Virus record (IMG/VR): IMGVR_UViG_3300013108_000147
Source of the DNA: an uncultured virus (IMG/VR IMGVR_UViG_3300013108_000147)
Lineage: Duplodnaviria > Heunggongvirae > Uroviricota > Caudoviricetes > Crassvirales
Length of the DNA stretch: 64,000 bases
Direction: 5' to 3' (one strand)
In this document: in pieces, positions 8,707 to 19,202 of the stretch
Position numbering within the stretch: position 1 is the stretch's first letter
Layout: each line of letters starts with the position of its first letter
Program-made: the position numbers and the translations under genes
The notes under the pieces: generated by a model
Databases searched by the model: none
What the model was told of the DNA's origin: nothing
What the model saw: the letters and a program-made list of their open reading frames with translations, nothing else

Positions 8707-9816
8707 ATGGCGCAAGTAGAATGCAAAACGGACTTACTAGTAGAAGGAAAAGTTACAGCTGATTACGCTGTTTTTCCTGCTAACACAACACTACCTTCAA
8801 CTTCTGCTGAAGCACTATATGCAACTTCAGGTAGTTTATATGTACAATCAGGTCAACACGTATATAATAGAGCTGATGAAGATGATAGTGGTAGTGGTAA
8901 TGTGTATTCTTACAGTGGAGGTACAATACTAGGAGCTTTTTATGGGCCTAATGCAGCTAACTCAATTGGTGGCGTAGGATTAGAAGTGTACGGATATACT
9001 AAAACTGATAGTATAATATTAGATAACTTTGAAGAAGCTCAGTGTACTGCAGCAGGGCAAATCGTCTTTGATATTAATGACACAAATGCTCTACAATCAA
9101 CAGGTAACTACAACACTAACCCTATAGGCTTATATGTGAACGATGGAGCTGCTTCAAATAATATAAAAAGAATATGGACTACCGATAACTTTACTAGCGT
9201 TGTTGATTTAACAACAGCTCAAACAATAACAGCTAACAAGACTTTTAGTGGGGCTGATTTACTTTTAAAGGATGACGACAATATTACACTTGGTACAGGT
9301 AAAGACACAAACATATTCCACGGTACTCAAGACTCTGATTTAGGCACTCACTTTATAACCTCAAGTGGAGGATTCTATTTTAGAAAAGAAGGTACAGTAG
9401 CAGAGTTGCTTCATATAGATGTATCTGACGGTGACATTAAAGCAACAAACGATTTATACGCAAACGATTATTATGGTAATGATGATGTAACTAAAACAGA
9501 TATACCTGAAAATGCAACTGTTATAAATTCAGTATCTTCAACAGGTAATTATGCTGTTAAAGCAGGCAGACTTATTATATCAGATACTTACTTTGTAACC
9601 AATACAGGTCAAACAGGTTTTAAAACATTAGCAACACTACCTGTGGGTTCTAGACCTGATGCACCTAGACAAATAAGAGGTTATGAGGTTGAAAGTGGTG
9701 GGGTAGCTGATAACATAGTTTTAATATTATTAGATACAGATGGAACCTTAAAGACTACAGTAAAATCTGAAGCTTCATATTATTTTGACTATGAGTGTAC
9801 ATTAACACAACCGTAG
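8707..9816 (+). CDS. Putative tail fibre / receptor-binding protein
   Basis: 'QTITANKTF' and 'LATLPVGSRP' fibre motifs. Confidence 0.65.
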   Translation: MAQVECKTDLLVEGKVTADYAVFPANTTLPSTSAEALYATSGSLYVQSGQHVYNRADEDDSGSGNVYSYSGGTILGAFYGPNAANSIGGVGLEVYGYTKTDSIILDNFEEAQCTAAGQIVFDINDTNALQSTGNYNTNPIGLYVNDGAASNNIKRIWTTDNFTSVVDLTTAQTITANKTFSGADLLLKDDDNITLGTGKDTNIFHGTQDSDLGTHFITSSGGFYFRKEGTVAELLHIDVSDGDIKATNDLYANDYYGNDDVTKTDIPENATVINSVSSTGNYAVKAGRLIISDTYFVTNTGQTGFKTLATLPVGSRPDAPRQIRGYEVESGGVADNIVLILLDTDGTLKTTVKSEASYYFDYECTLTQP

Positions 9817-9890
9817 TTTTTTTATAACCTAATTATTAGTAACTTTGTATAAACACTATTATTCATAACTATAAGCAAAAAAAAGTAAAA

Positions 9891-10391
9891 ATGAAATCAG
9901 TAACATTCTTTTTTAAGAAAATAACCCTAGCTAAGGCCATACTCCTTACGCTTAGTCCTGTAATAGCTATAATAGTGAATATGAAAACAATGTTAATCGC
10001 CCTAGGGTTTATAATCTTTATAGATATGTTGACGGGAATAAGAAAAGGTTTACACAAAAAAGGTATACCATTTAACCCTATAAAATCTATCTTTTGGAAG
10101 AATGTTCAATCAGCAGGTCTAAGGTCTACATGGAGAAAGACTTATGAGTACGCTATAGGAATAATCGTATTCGCCGTTCTAGACGGAATGGTTTTAGGTA
10201 ACATTGAAGTAGCTTTATTTCAAAAAACATACTCACTAACCCAAATAGCAGTAGCAGTAGCCTGTATAATAGAGGCGTACAGTATACACGAAAATATGGA
10301 AGCCGTTAGCGGTAACAACTTATTCAAAATATTACTAAAAGGTTTTCCTGATAAATTCAGCAAAATTTTTAAGGTGATAAGTGGAAAATGA
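9891..10391 (+). CDS. Holin-like membrane protein
   Basis: Several TM segments; 'IDMLTGI' and 'EAYSIHENM' holin-family motifs; TAACTTTG promoter at 9840-9847. Confidence 0.7.
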   Translation: MKSVTFFFKKITLAKAILLTLSPVIAIIVNMKTMLIALGFIIFIDMLTGIRKGLHKKGIPFNPIKSIFWKNVQSAGLRSTWRKTYEYAIGIIVFAVLDGMVLGNIEVALFQKTYSLTQIAVAVACIIEAYSIHENMEAVSGNNLFKILLKGFPDKFSKIFKVISGK

Positions 10392-10807
10392 AAATATTAG
10401 TAGAGAGGTACAGTTACGGAGAAAAGCAAACAATAGGTAGGTTATACTTGTTGAACCGTCACGAGGAGGTGGTAGAGCAATTTTGGTCTTTAGAGCTACC
10501 TTGGAAGGATAACGAAAGAAGAGTGTCTTGTATACCTGAAGGTAAGTACATAGGTAAGAGACATGAGAGCGTAAAACACGGAGACTCTATTTGGATACAA
10601 GATGTACCTGATAGAAGTGAAATATTAATACATAAAGGTAACTACTATACAGATATATTAGGTTGTATCTTGATAGGTAGTGATTTGTACGACATAAATA
10701 AAGATGGGTTACTAGACGTAACTAATAGCCGTAATAGTATATATAGACTTATGAAAGCTATAGTATTTAAAAAAGGTAGTATAGAAATAGAGGTAAAAAA
10801 GATATGA
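10388..10807 (+). CDS. DUF5675-like putative endolysin
   Basis: 'TIGRL', 'LELPW', 'SCIPEGKY', 'ILIHKGN...DILGCILIG'; overlaps the holin stop. Confidence 0.7.
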   Translation: MKILVERYSYGEKQTIGRLYLLNRHEEVVEQFWSLELPWKDNERRVSCIPEGKYIGKRHESVKHGDSIWIQDVPDRSEILIHKGNYYTDILGCILIGSDLYDINKDGLLDVTNSRNSIYRLMKAIVFKKGSIEIEVKKI

Positions 10808-11112
10808 TAAGAGGCTATATAAAAACAATGGGGTATCTATTCGTACAGCCTTCAGTAATATCTTACGATAAGCAGAAGCATTGTGCTTTAGCAGTATTCC
10901 TGACTATAATTACATACTTCCCTGTATTAGAAGAGTCTGCCAATATATTTATTTCATCTGCAGTCTCTTTTGCTTCAGTAAGTTTAATATCTTGGGGAAT
11001 AGAGTTCTATCAAAAATGGTTTACAACAAACAGACACTTTGATAAGTTGGATGCTATTTACATGCAGATAACCAATGTAACATTAATATTGTTATATATA
11101 ATTATATATTAA
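10804..11112 (+). CDS. Small membrane protein (VanZ-like)
   Basis: 'DKQKH', 'IEFYQ', 'FDKLDA' with hydrophobic helices. Confidence 0.45.
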   Translation: MIRGYIKTMGYLFVQPSVISYDKQKHCALAVFLTIITYFPVLEESANIFISSAVSFASVSLISWGIEFYQKWFTTNRHFDKLDAIYMQITNVTLILLYIIIY

Positions 11113-11113
11113 G

Positions 11114-11578
11114 ATGAGTAATAATCCAAAATTAAAGAAGAACGGAGGTAAAGGAACTGCTGTAGGCAATTTCTTAAGAAGTATAAACTTTGGTAAAGTA
11201 ACTGAAGTCGTAGGAAGTGTCCTAAGTGGAGACATTAAATCAGCTGTACAAATATTAAGAGATAGTAAAGAGCTCTCCGCAGAACAATTCCAAATTGCCC
11301 TAAAAGAGCTTGAGATGGATACTATAGAGATGCAGGAGATAACGAAGAGGCTACAAAGTGATAACGAACATGATATCACAAGGTTGGTCAGGCCTGTTAC
11401 TTACGGATTGATGTTCTTTTTGTTTATAGTAGTAGTTATATTAGATGGTAATATAGGAGAATTTGAAATAAAGGATGCATACGTACCAGTGATAGAATCA
11501 CTATTCACAACAATGACTGTCTTCTACTTTGGCTCAAGAGGACTTGAAAAGATGGTTAAGACATTTAAAAGAAAATAA
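11114..11578 (+). CDS. Second holin-like protein (3TM-holin type)
   Basis: 'RLVRP', two TM helices, 'FYFGSRGLEK'. Confidence 0.6.
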   Translation: MSNNPKLKKNGGKGTAVGNFLRSINFGKVTEVVGSVLSGDIKSAVQILRDSKELSAEQFQIALKELEMDTIEMQEITKRLQSDNEHDITRLVRPVTYGLMFFLFIVVVILDGNIGEFEIKDAYVPVIESLFTTMTVFYFGSRGLEKMVKTFKRK

Positions 11579-11583
11579 TAGTA

Positions 11584-12858
11584 ATGGCAAAAATAGACAA
11601 CGACACAGCTTACATACTAGATTTACAAATAGACCCTAACGACACCGTAATAGGCTCAGACGCAAATGCTGCAGGCAGAACAAAGCAATATAGTTTTGGT
11701 CAAATAGCAGCTTTCTTACAAACATCTCCTGACGTAGCGCCTGGTCTACAAACAGTAGTGGACATAGAGAATACAACTACTAGAGACATAGAGTTTTTAA
11801 GTGACGCAAAGTTACTCATAACAGACCAAGTTTCTTACTCCCCTATATTAGGAGCGAAGATGGAAATGACCCTCACTGACAATAGTACAGGCAGTCTTTA
11901 TGCCTCTTTAAAATACATAAAAAAGTCAAACGGCACAGGTTCAGAAACATCGGTAGCTAGTTATAACTACATAGAAAATAACGGAGATGTTGACTACGGT
12001 TTTCTAAGAGGAGGGTGGAATCACACAAGGGACACAAAAACAGGTGTACCTCATCAAATGGTATCAGGAGAAAACCTAATTCAGTTTAGAAACTCTAATA
12101 CTTCAGGAACCGGAGTAGTAAGTTTATTATCGGGTCTAGAAAACACCGTATCCCTTCAAAACTACGGGTTCAACGGAACTTTACAAAACGTTCTAGGATG
12201 TAGAAGTCAAGTCCAAGCTGACGTACCTGACGCAACAATAGAGGATGTGTTTGTTATGCTGTCTGAATTAGATATATCTAATGGAACTACAATAAACCAT
12301 TGGGTAGGTATTCAGATAGATGTTACTCAAACACAAGGAGAAGGACAAATCTTGGGCGGCTCTTTCTTAGAGATAGCACAAGGTATAGATGAGGACATGG
12401 CTAGAACAAACGGCATTAAAGCTATAAACAGTTTAGTAGATATACCTTCTTTCTTCTTAGGAGACATAGAATTAGGAGACGGAGTATACTCAGCCGCTTT
12501 AAGAAACGGAGAGAACCAAACATCAAATATAATAGTAGAAACACCAAAAGTATCAGGTGTACTAGCTTTAAATCCTATACTAGAAGAAGACACTAACGTT
12601 ACAGGCACAAAAGATATAGATTGGGATAAAGATACATTTAACCTTACTTTAACAGGCAACACAACCCTTACTCAGTCTAATTTACCTGAAACAAATATAA
12701 CTAAGACAATAACTATCTACACAACAGGTAACTTCGACTTAACACTACCTGCAAGTTGGGATAGGGTGCAGGGTTCTTATGACTCTGATTCAGATAATCA
12801 AATAGTTGTAGAATACATAAGCCCTGGCAATTATTGGGTTAGCATATCAAATATATAA
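11584..12858 (+). CDS. Putative tail fibre/spike protein
   Basis: N-terminal 'VIGSD...TKQYS' motif; beta-rich body. Confidence 0.55.
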   Translation: MAKIDNDTAYILDLQIDPNDTVIGSDANAAGRTKQYSFGQIAAFLQTSPDVAPGLQTVVDIENTTTRDIEFLSDAKLLITDQVSYSPILGAKMEMTLTDNSTGSLYASLKYIKKSNGTGSETSVASYNYIENNGDVDYGFLRGGWNHTRDTKTGVPHQMVSGENLIQFRNSNTSGTGVVSLLSGLENTVSLQNYGFNGTLQNVLGCRSQVQADVPDATIEDVFVMLSELDISNGTTINHWVGIQIDVTQTQGEGQILGGSFLEIAQGIDEDMARTNGIKAINSLVDIPSFFLGDIELGDGVYSAALRNGENQTSNIIVETPKVSGVLALNPILEEDTNVTGTKDIDWDKDTFNLTLTGNTTLTQSNLPETNITKTITIYTTGNFDLTLPASWDRVQGSYDSDSDNQIVVEYISPGNYWVSISNI

Positions 12859-12860
12859 TT

Positions 12861-13160
12861 ATGGCAGGTAAAAAAAATTTTTTCAAACCTATCGTAGAAG
12901 AGAATGTTTTAGTAGCTTTCAATGTTAGTGTAACAGTTTACCCTGACGCTTGTACTTTCGTAGACGGTAACGCCTACCCTCCTTACTTTATCACATTTTA
13001 TCACAACGGAGCAGGCGCAACGCCTACAATAGGTGACACAGTGTATACAGATGCAGAAGGAACTACAGTAACCCCACCTAACGGGTACTATGTAGAAGCC
13101 ACACTAACTAAATTAGCTATAGGCGCAGGCGGAGTAGTAGTTGACCCAGGTTGTAGGTAA
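12861..13160 (+). CDS. Small structural protein sharing a domain with the C-terminus of 24297-28397
   Basis: 'YHNG...PTIGDTVYTD' versus 'YHDG...PGIGDKVYID'. Confidence 0.5.
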   Translation: MAGKKNFFKPIVEENVLVAFNVSVTVYPDACTFVDGNAYPPYFITFYHNGAGATPTIGDTVYTDAEGTTVTPPNGYYVEATLTKLAIGAGGVVVDPGCR

Positions 13161-13183
13161 ATTACAGGTACAGTAAATTTTAT

Positions 13184-13191
13184 TATATTTG
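13184..13191 (+). promoter_or_regulatory. TAnnTTTG promoter of the packaging operon
   Basis: TATATTTG, about 28 nt upstream of ATG 13220. Confidence 0.55.
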
Positions 13192-13219
13192 TAATAAATC
13201 TAATTTAATTTAATTAAAA

Positions 13220-13450
13220 ATGAAAGGGAGCATAAGAAAAATTATAGTTGGTGACAGCTATAACTTCAACATCAAGTACTTAAAAGGCACAGAATACAGA
13301 GTAGGCCCTAGAAAGTGCACAATTACAGATTTTATTACTAACGAGGACGAGTCAATCGATATCTATGTTACAGATGGTACTTCCGTATTTATTTGGAAGA
13401 CTATCATAAGTAAACCATTAGAGATTGAGTACGACGTAAACTTTGAGTAA
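13220..13450 (+). CDS. Hypothetical phage protein
   Basis: 76 aa, first gene of the packaging operon. Confidence 0.6.
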   Translation: MKGSIRKIIVGDSYNFNIKYLKGTEYRVGPRKCTITDFITNEDESIDIYVTDGTSVFIWKTIISKPLEIEYDVNFE

Positions 13451-13451
13451 T

Positions 13452-14030
13452 ATGAAATCTAGTTACTATTTTATAGTAGAGGTAGAGAAAGATTATAACA
13501 ACTACGAGACTCTACCTAACGGTTTAAAAATTATGACTAATAACTCTATAGAAACTGTAGAGGCTATTAACAGAGTAGGTACTATAATATCAGCACCCAA
13601 AGGCACAATAGCTGACAAAGGGGACAAGCTACTTTTTCACCACAATATATGTAGGAGAGAACACGGATTCAAAGGAGCTAAAAGGCTAAGCCCTTTTCAA
13701 GTAACTAAGAATATCTTCTTTGTACCTATAATGGAATCTTACATGATAGACAAAGGTAATGGTTGGCAATCAGTAGACCCATATGTATTTCTACTACCGA
13801 TAAAAGAAGAACCTAAAGTATTAGCTAATGGCCTAAAGATTGTAGCTAAAGACCACAAAGGTATGAACGAATACTCGGGTATAGTAGCTTACGGAAATAA
13901 AGCTTTAGAGCAACAAGGGATAAAAGAAGGAGATGTAGTAGGTTTTACAGAGTACTCTCAACATGAGTATGAACTTGACGGAAAGATATACTACAGAATG
14001 ACTACTAATGATATAACATGTAAATATTAA
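13452..14030 (+). CDS. GroES-like co-chaperonin (probably two tandem domains)
   Basis: 'GTIISAP...GDKLLFHH' and 'GIVAYGN...IKEGDVVGF...YELDGKIYYRM' repeats. Confidence 0.6.
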   Translation: MKSSYYFIVEVEKDYNNYETLPNGLKIMTNNSIETVEAINRVGTIISAPKGTIADKGDKLLFHHNICRREHGFKGAKRLSPFQVTKNIFFVPIMESYMIDKGNGWQSVDPYVFLLPIKEEPKVLANGLKIVAKDHKGMNEYSGIVAYGNKALEQQGIKEGDVVGFTEYSQHEYELDGKIYYRMTTNDITCKY

Positions 14031-14031
14031 G

Positions 14032-16680
14032 ATGCAAGGATTATCTAGTGACATACAACAAGGATTAGACGTTATAATAGAAGGTCTTAACTATGAGTTT
14101 GAGGTTGACGCCATAGAACCTGATAAGATTAAGGCAACTATGGCATCTAAATTATCTTCATTTAAGATTGCTAAACAGTTGTTACTTAAGTGGTATAATA
14201 GCCCTAATTCACCTTCTCAGAGCAAATTCGAGAACTATGTGACGGATATCATAGATTCAGGAGAAAAGTCTCTTAAAACGCTTAGAAAAGCTTTAAAAGC
14301 AAAAATAGACTACGACGAGCTAGAAGAACATAAACATAAGGCCGCAATGGAGGCAAAATTGGTTATACTGAATAGTATTAACGAAATGGAGTCGTCTATA
14401 GTAGAATTAAAGGTTCAGCTAGACAGCGGTACAATTAACCTTAAAGAGTCAGAGTTTGACAGAGGTTGGGCAGAAAAGTACTCTTGCCAAGAGTTTTACC
14501 CTGAATCTAACTACTACAAAGATTGGTTAAATAAAGAAGATGACGCAGTTGTTATAGACCCTTTAGGTTCTAGGGGAGAGATAATAATTTTAGACGGACT
14601 TAAGGTACAACTACCAAAACCTCCTAAATCAAGTAAGGACATCTTATTCCACGATAAGAAGAAAGAAGACCAATTTTGGACAAGGCAAGAACCACCTAAA
14701 GGTTTAATACCCGATAACGCAGAGAGTTACACAGAGTATATACTAGAAGAGTTTAGAAGAAGGAGAGAAGGTGTTTGGTTTTATAACAGAGGTGAAAAGG
14801 TGTACCTACCAGGGGAGTACTACTTTTACTTACAATGGGGCAGAATATTCGACGGAGGTATAAGACCACAATTTAGATACGCACAATTAGACATGTTCTA
14901 TCACGCAAAAGCTTGTATGATAGATACACGTTGTCTAGGGCAAATATTCTTGAAGTCTAGACGTACAGGTTTTACGTATATATTAGTTGCTATCATCTTA
15001 GAGAGTGTAACATCTACACTTAACAGACACCACGGACTGACATCTATGACAGAGGACGACGCTGAAAAAGCTTTTAGTAAACTGTCTTACATGTTCCAAG
15101 AGTTACCTTTCTTCTTTCAACCTATAGTAAAAGGTAAAGTAGACTCACCTAAAAAGTTAGACTTCGGTAAACCTAGTAACGCAACTAAAAAGGCTAAGAA
15201 AGAAAAGGACACAACTACAGACGGATACTTAAACTCATCAGTTGACTTTGAAGCAACTAAAGTAAAAGCTTATGATGGTCAGTCTATGAAGATATACCTC
15301 GGAGACGAGAGTGCTAAGTGGGAGAGAGCGAGTTACATAGAACACTTGAATACACTTATGCCTACTGCCTTTCAGGGTGGTAGAGTTGTAGGTAAGATAT
15401 TTTTAGGTTCTACAATGGGTAGACTAGATAAGGGTGGAGAAGATTTCAAAACCTTATACGTAAACTCTAAAGTTGTAGACAGAAGAGACTCAGGATTTAC
15501 TCCTACAAAACTATACTCATACTTTCTACCTGCACACAAAAACTACGAAGCTTGTATAGATAAGTATGGCTTCTGTCACGAAAAGGCACCGAAAGAAAAG
15601 ACTTACAATATCTTTGGTACACTGATAGAAAAAGGTTCTGTACAACAGATACAAGAGTATTACGCAGACGCTAAGAAATCAGGAGAGGTAGCACTTAATG
15701 CAGCTTATAGAGCGTTCCCTATGACAGAGAACCACGCTATGAGAGATGAAGCTGAATCATGTGTATTCAACTTAGGCAAGATTACAGACCAACAAGATTA
15801 TAACGACACACTAGAAGAACACGAACTTTATGTAAGAGGTAACTTTGAGTGGGTAAACGGAAGACATTCCTCAGTAGAGTTTTACCCTGACGAAAGAGGT
15901 AGGTTCAAAGTTTGTTGGATGCCATCAAGAGCTGACGGAACATATCAACTCAGAAATAATGTTGTTAAAATAAGAGACGTTTGGTTCCCTAAGAACGACT
16001 ACGGTTGTATAGGCGTTGACTGTTATGGTAGTTATACTAAAGGTGTAAACAGACAGTCTAAAGGTGCCGCGCACGCATTTTCAAAAGCTAGCAACACTGT
16101 AGGAGCGCCTAGAGACCAATTTTTATTTGAATACATAGAAAAACCTGCAACACAAGATATATTTAACGACGATATAATAAAAGCAGCGTGGTTCTACGGA
16201 ATACCAATACTAGCTGAGAACAACAGAAGAGATTTTGTTAGGTATATATACTTAGACGGAACAGGAGGGTTCTCTATGAAGAGAGTTGATAAACTTGCAT
16301 CAGAACTTCGAGGTGACGACGCCCTCTTAGGAGGACAGCCTATGACAGGTAAGGACATACTAGATTCTCACGAAAATGGTTTAAGGACTTATATCCAAAG
16401 AAGACTTGGCTATGCTAATGACACAGAAAGTATGAAGTTTAGACCTGAAGGAGAAATGGGAAAAATGCCTTTTGAAGAAACAATGAACGATTGGAAAAAG
16501 TTCGACCCAAACAACAGAACAGCTCATGACGCAACGATTTCATCGGGATTGGCTATCATGGGATGCGCAAGGGAAAAGTATAAACCAACACGTAAAAAAA
16601 GAGACCCTAAAAAATTTGTACCTTTGTTGAAGAAGTATAACAACTCAGGACAATACGGCACTTTAATAAAAGGTAGATGA
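14032..16680 (+). CDS. terL: Terminase large subunit with N-terminal extension
   Basis: Walker A-like 'LKSRRTGFT', Walker B 'YLGDESAKW', 'GST' coupling motif, RNase H-like 'IGVD' and 'HDATISSGLA'. Confidence 0.85.
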   Translation: MQGLSSDIQQGLDVIIEGLNYEFEVDAIEPDKIKATMASKLSSFKIAKQLLLKWYNSPNSPSQSKFENYVTDIIDSGEKSLKTLRKALKAKIDYDELEEHKHKAAMEAKLVILNSINEMESSIVELKVQLDSGTINLKESEFDRGWAEKYSCQEFYPESNYYKDWLNKEDDAVVIDPLGSRGEIIILDGLKVQLPKPPKSSKDILFHDKKKEDQFWTRQEPPKGLIPDNAESYTEYILEEFRRRREGVWFYNRGEKVYLPGEYYFYLQWGRIFDGGIRPQFRYAQLDMFYHAKACMIDTRCLGQIFLKSRRTGFTYILVAIILESVTSTLNRHHGLTSMTEDDAEKAFSKLSYMFQELPFFFQPIVKGKVDSPKKLDFGKPSNATKKAKKEKDTTTDGYLNSSVDFEATKVKAYDGQSMKIYLGDESAKWERASYIEHLNTLMPTAFQGGRVVGKIFLGSTMGRLDKGGEDFKTLYVNSKVVDRRDSGFTPTKLYSYFLPAHKNYEACIDKYGFCHEKAPKEKTYNIFGTLIEKGSVQQIQEYYADAKKSGEVALNAAYRAFPMTENHAMRDEAESCVFNLGKITDQQDYNDTLEEHELYVRGNFEWVNGRHSSVEFYPDERGRFKVCWMPSRADGTYQLRNNVVKIRDVWFPKNDYGCIGVDCYGSYTKGVNRQSKGAAHAFSKASNTVGAPRDQFLFEYIEKPATQDIFNDDIIKAAWFYGIPILAENNRRDFVRYIYLDGTGGFSMKRVDKLASELRGDDALLGGQPMTGKDILDSHENGLRTYIQRRLGYANDTESMKFRPEGEMGKMPFEETMNDWKKFDPNNRTAHDATISSGLAIMGCAREKYKPTRKKRDPKKFVPLLKKYNNSGQYGTLIKGR

Positions 16681-19154
16681 GAAAAAATTATAAGTATTTA
16701 AAAATGTCTGCGAATTCCGCTAGGCCTAATCCGCTTGCCTCATCAGAGGAGAAAGACACTGAAGAGTACGGATTAAAGTACGCTAACTTAATAGAATCGG
16801 AATGGTTCTACATAAAAGACGGTAATAGCGGTAATAGTTATCAAGATAAGAGACAGAAGTTTGATAAATTAAGAAAGTACGCGAGAGGAGAACACTCTAC
16901 AGATTTACACAAGGAACTTATAACAGGAGGTACAGACGGAGAGTCTTATTCTAATTACGATTGGAGACCTATCCAAATACTACCTAAGTTTGTTAAGTTA
17001 GTTGTTAACCAAATGTTAGAGAGACTATATCAGATAGACGCTAAAGCTGTCGACGGAGTTTCTCAAGGTTTAAGAGATAAGCATAAAGAGCTTTTACAAA
17101 ACCTTATGGTTAATAAGCAAATGTACTCACAAGCTAAAGATGAATTAGGAGTAGACTTAGTACCGCCAGGTATGGAACCTCCTGATACACCTGAAGAAAT
17201 AGATTTAAGAATGAATCTAGAGTATAAGCCAAACATAGAGATTGCTATGGAGGAGGCTATAAAATATACTCTTAATATAAATGAGTACGACGAAGAGCAG
17301 AAACAACTACTAAAAGATTTAGTAGAGATAGGAGTATGCGCAGTATATCACTCGACTGACCCTTCTAAAGGCCTTAAAGTAGAGGCAATAGACCCTGCAG
17401 ACATGGTGTGGTCTTACCCTACCAAAAAGAATTTTGGTAACGTTTATTACTACGGAAGAGTAAAACGTATGACTGTAAATGAATTACAGAGAATTGCAGG
17501 ACGTAAGTTTACAGACGAAGAGATTAGAGATTTTGCTAACGTATCTAGTGAGTGGCAAGGCTACAACAAGATATCAAATGAGTTTTGGTACAGAGGAGAA
17601 GACTTATCTGCCCACATGGTAGATGTACTATTCTTTACTTTCAAAACGACTAAAAATAAGAAGTATAAAAAGAAGTACAGAAAAGACGGTTCTTTCACTA
17701 TCAAAGAAAGAGAGTCAACTTTCATTAAGCCTGACAGCATAAGAGATAAAGAAATAGCTCAAGGATATAAAGAGTTTGATGTACTAGAAGAAGTAATGGA
17801 CGTGTGGTACGAAGGAGCTAAGGTTCTAGGTACTCAGTCTTTATTTAATTACAGAGAGTGTTCTACTATGGTTAGACCTGAAGGATACTTACAATCAGAA
17901 GCTATGTCAAACTACATAGTTTACGCACCTGAATTATACCAAGGAAGGATACAATCTTTAGTAGAGAGAGTTATACCTGATATAGACCAAATGCAACAGC
18001 TTAAGATTAAAATTCAACAATTCATATCTAAAGCTAAACCAAATGGTATTTTCATAGATATAGACGGATTAGACGAAGTTGATTTAGGAAACGGTAATAC
18101 ACTTACTCCATTAGAACTTATCAGATTCTATGATGACACAGGTAATATGATAGGTACATCTAGAATGGCTGACGGCTCTATACAAAACGGAAGAGCTATC
18201 CAAGAACTTAACAACGGTCAGATAGCAGGTTTAGAGCAACTCATGAACGCGTATAACTTTTCTTTTAACTTACTAAGAGACGCTATAGGTATAGGCCAAG
18301 GAGCAGACGCATCTTTACCTCACCCTGACACATCAGTGGGAGCTCTTCAGCAACAACAGATAAACTCTAATGTTGCTACTAGATACATACTAGACGCTCA
18401 ACTTAAGATGACTCAGTACTTAGCAGAAGGATTATCATTAAGGTTGAGAGATATATTCAAATATCCTAGATTACTTAAGGCTTATATTAACTCTATAGGT
18501 AAGGTTAACGTAGAGATAATCAAATCAATAAATAACTTACACCTTCACGATTTTGGTATAACTATAACACTTAAGCCTGACGCACAAGAGAAAGCTTTAT
18601 TAGAGCAGAACATACAAGCAGAAATAGCTCAAGGAGGTTTATCTACAACTGACGGAATAGATATCAGAAGAGTGGGTAACTTAGCTTTGGCTAATCAAAT
18701 GCTTAAGATAAGAAAAGAGAAGCACGTAAAAGAAGCTCACGCAAGAGAGATGGAGAAAATCCAAGCTCAAGCAGAGAGTAACACACAAGCAGCTCAAGCA
18801 GCGTCTCAGATAAAACAGGAAGAGTTCCATATAACTAATCAAGGTAAACTAGAATTAGAGAAAGTTAAAGGAGATAATGCTCTACAACTGATAAATAGAG
18901 AACTTGAAGCTAAGAAAGAACTTATGGCTTTAGAGTACGAATACCAAACGGGCATAAAGAAGAAAGAGAGCGATAACCTAAAAGATAGGGAAACTATAAA
19001 AGAAGATAGAAAAGATAAAAGGCAAGCTGAATCTGCTACGCAACAATCTAGAATAAAAGCAGAGTCTAAGAAAGAAAATCCTCAGCCAATAGAGTTTCAG
19101 TCAGCTAACGCAACTATGACTGGAGACTTTGGAATGGACGATTTTACCGTATAA
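16677..19154 (+). CDS. Portal protein
   Basis: 825 aa directly after TerL; 'ILPKFVKLVVN', helical with coiled-coil C-terminus. Confidence 0.75.
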   Translation: MRKNYKYLKMSANSARPNPLASSEEKDTEEYGLKYANLIESEWFYIKDGNSGNSYQDKRQKFDKLRKYARGEHSTDLHKELITGGTDGESYSNYDWRPIQILPKFVKLVVNQMLERLYQIDAKAVDGVSQGLRDKHKELLQNLMVNKQMYSQAKDELGVDLVPPGMEPPDTPEEIDLRMNLEYKPNIEIAMEEAIKYTLNINEYDEEQKQLLKDLVEIGVCAVYHSTDPSKGLKVEAIDPADMVWSYPTKKNFGNVYYYGRVKRMTVNELQRIAGRKFTDEEIRDFANVSSEWQGYNKISNEFWYRGEDLSAHMVDVLFFTFKTTKNKKYKKKYRKDGSFTIKERESTFIKPDSIRDKEIAQGYKEFDVLEEVMDVWYEGAKVLGTQSLFNYRECSTMVRPEGYLQSEAMSNYIVYAPELYQGRIQSLVERVIPDIDQMQQLKIKIQQFISKAKPNGIFIDIDGLDEVDLGNGNTLTPLELIRFYDDTGNMIGTSRMADGSIQNGRAIQELNNGQIAGLEQLMNAYNFSFNLLRDAIGIGQGADASLPHPDTSVGALQQQQINSNVATRYILDAQLKMTQYLAEGLSLRLRDIFKYPRLLKAYINSIGKVNVEIIKSINNLHLHDFGITITLKPDAQEKALLEQNIQAEIAQGGLSTTDGIDIRRVGNLALANQMLKIRKEKHVKEAHAREMEKIQAQAESNTQAAQAASQIKQEEFHITNQGKLELEKVKGDNALQLINRELEAKKELMALEYEYQTGIKKKESDNLKDRETIKEDRKDKRQAESATQQSRIKAESKKENPQPIEFQSANATMTGDFGMDDFTV

Positions 19155-19202
19155 TATTTTTATTATCTTTGTAGTAATTAAATTTAATTAAATCTAAAAA
19201 AC

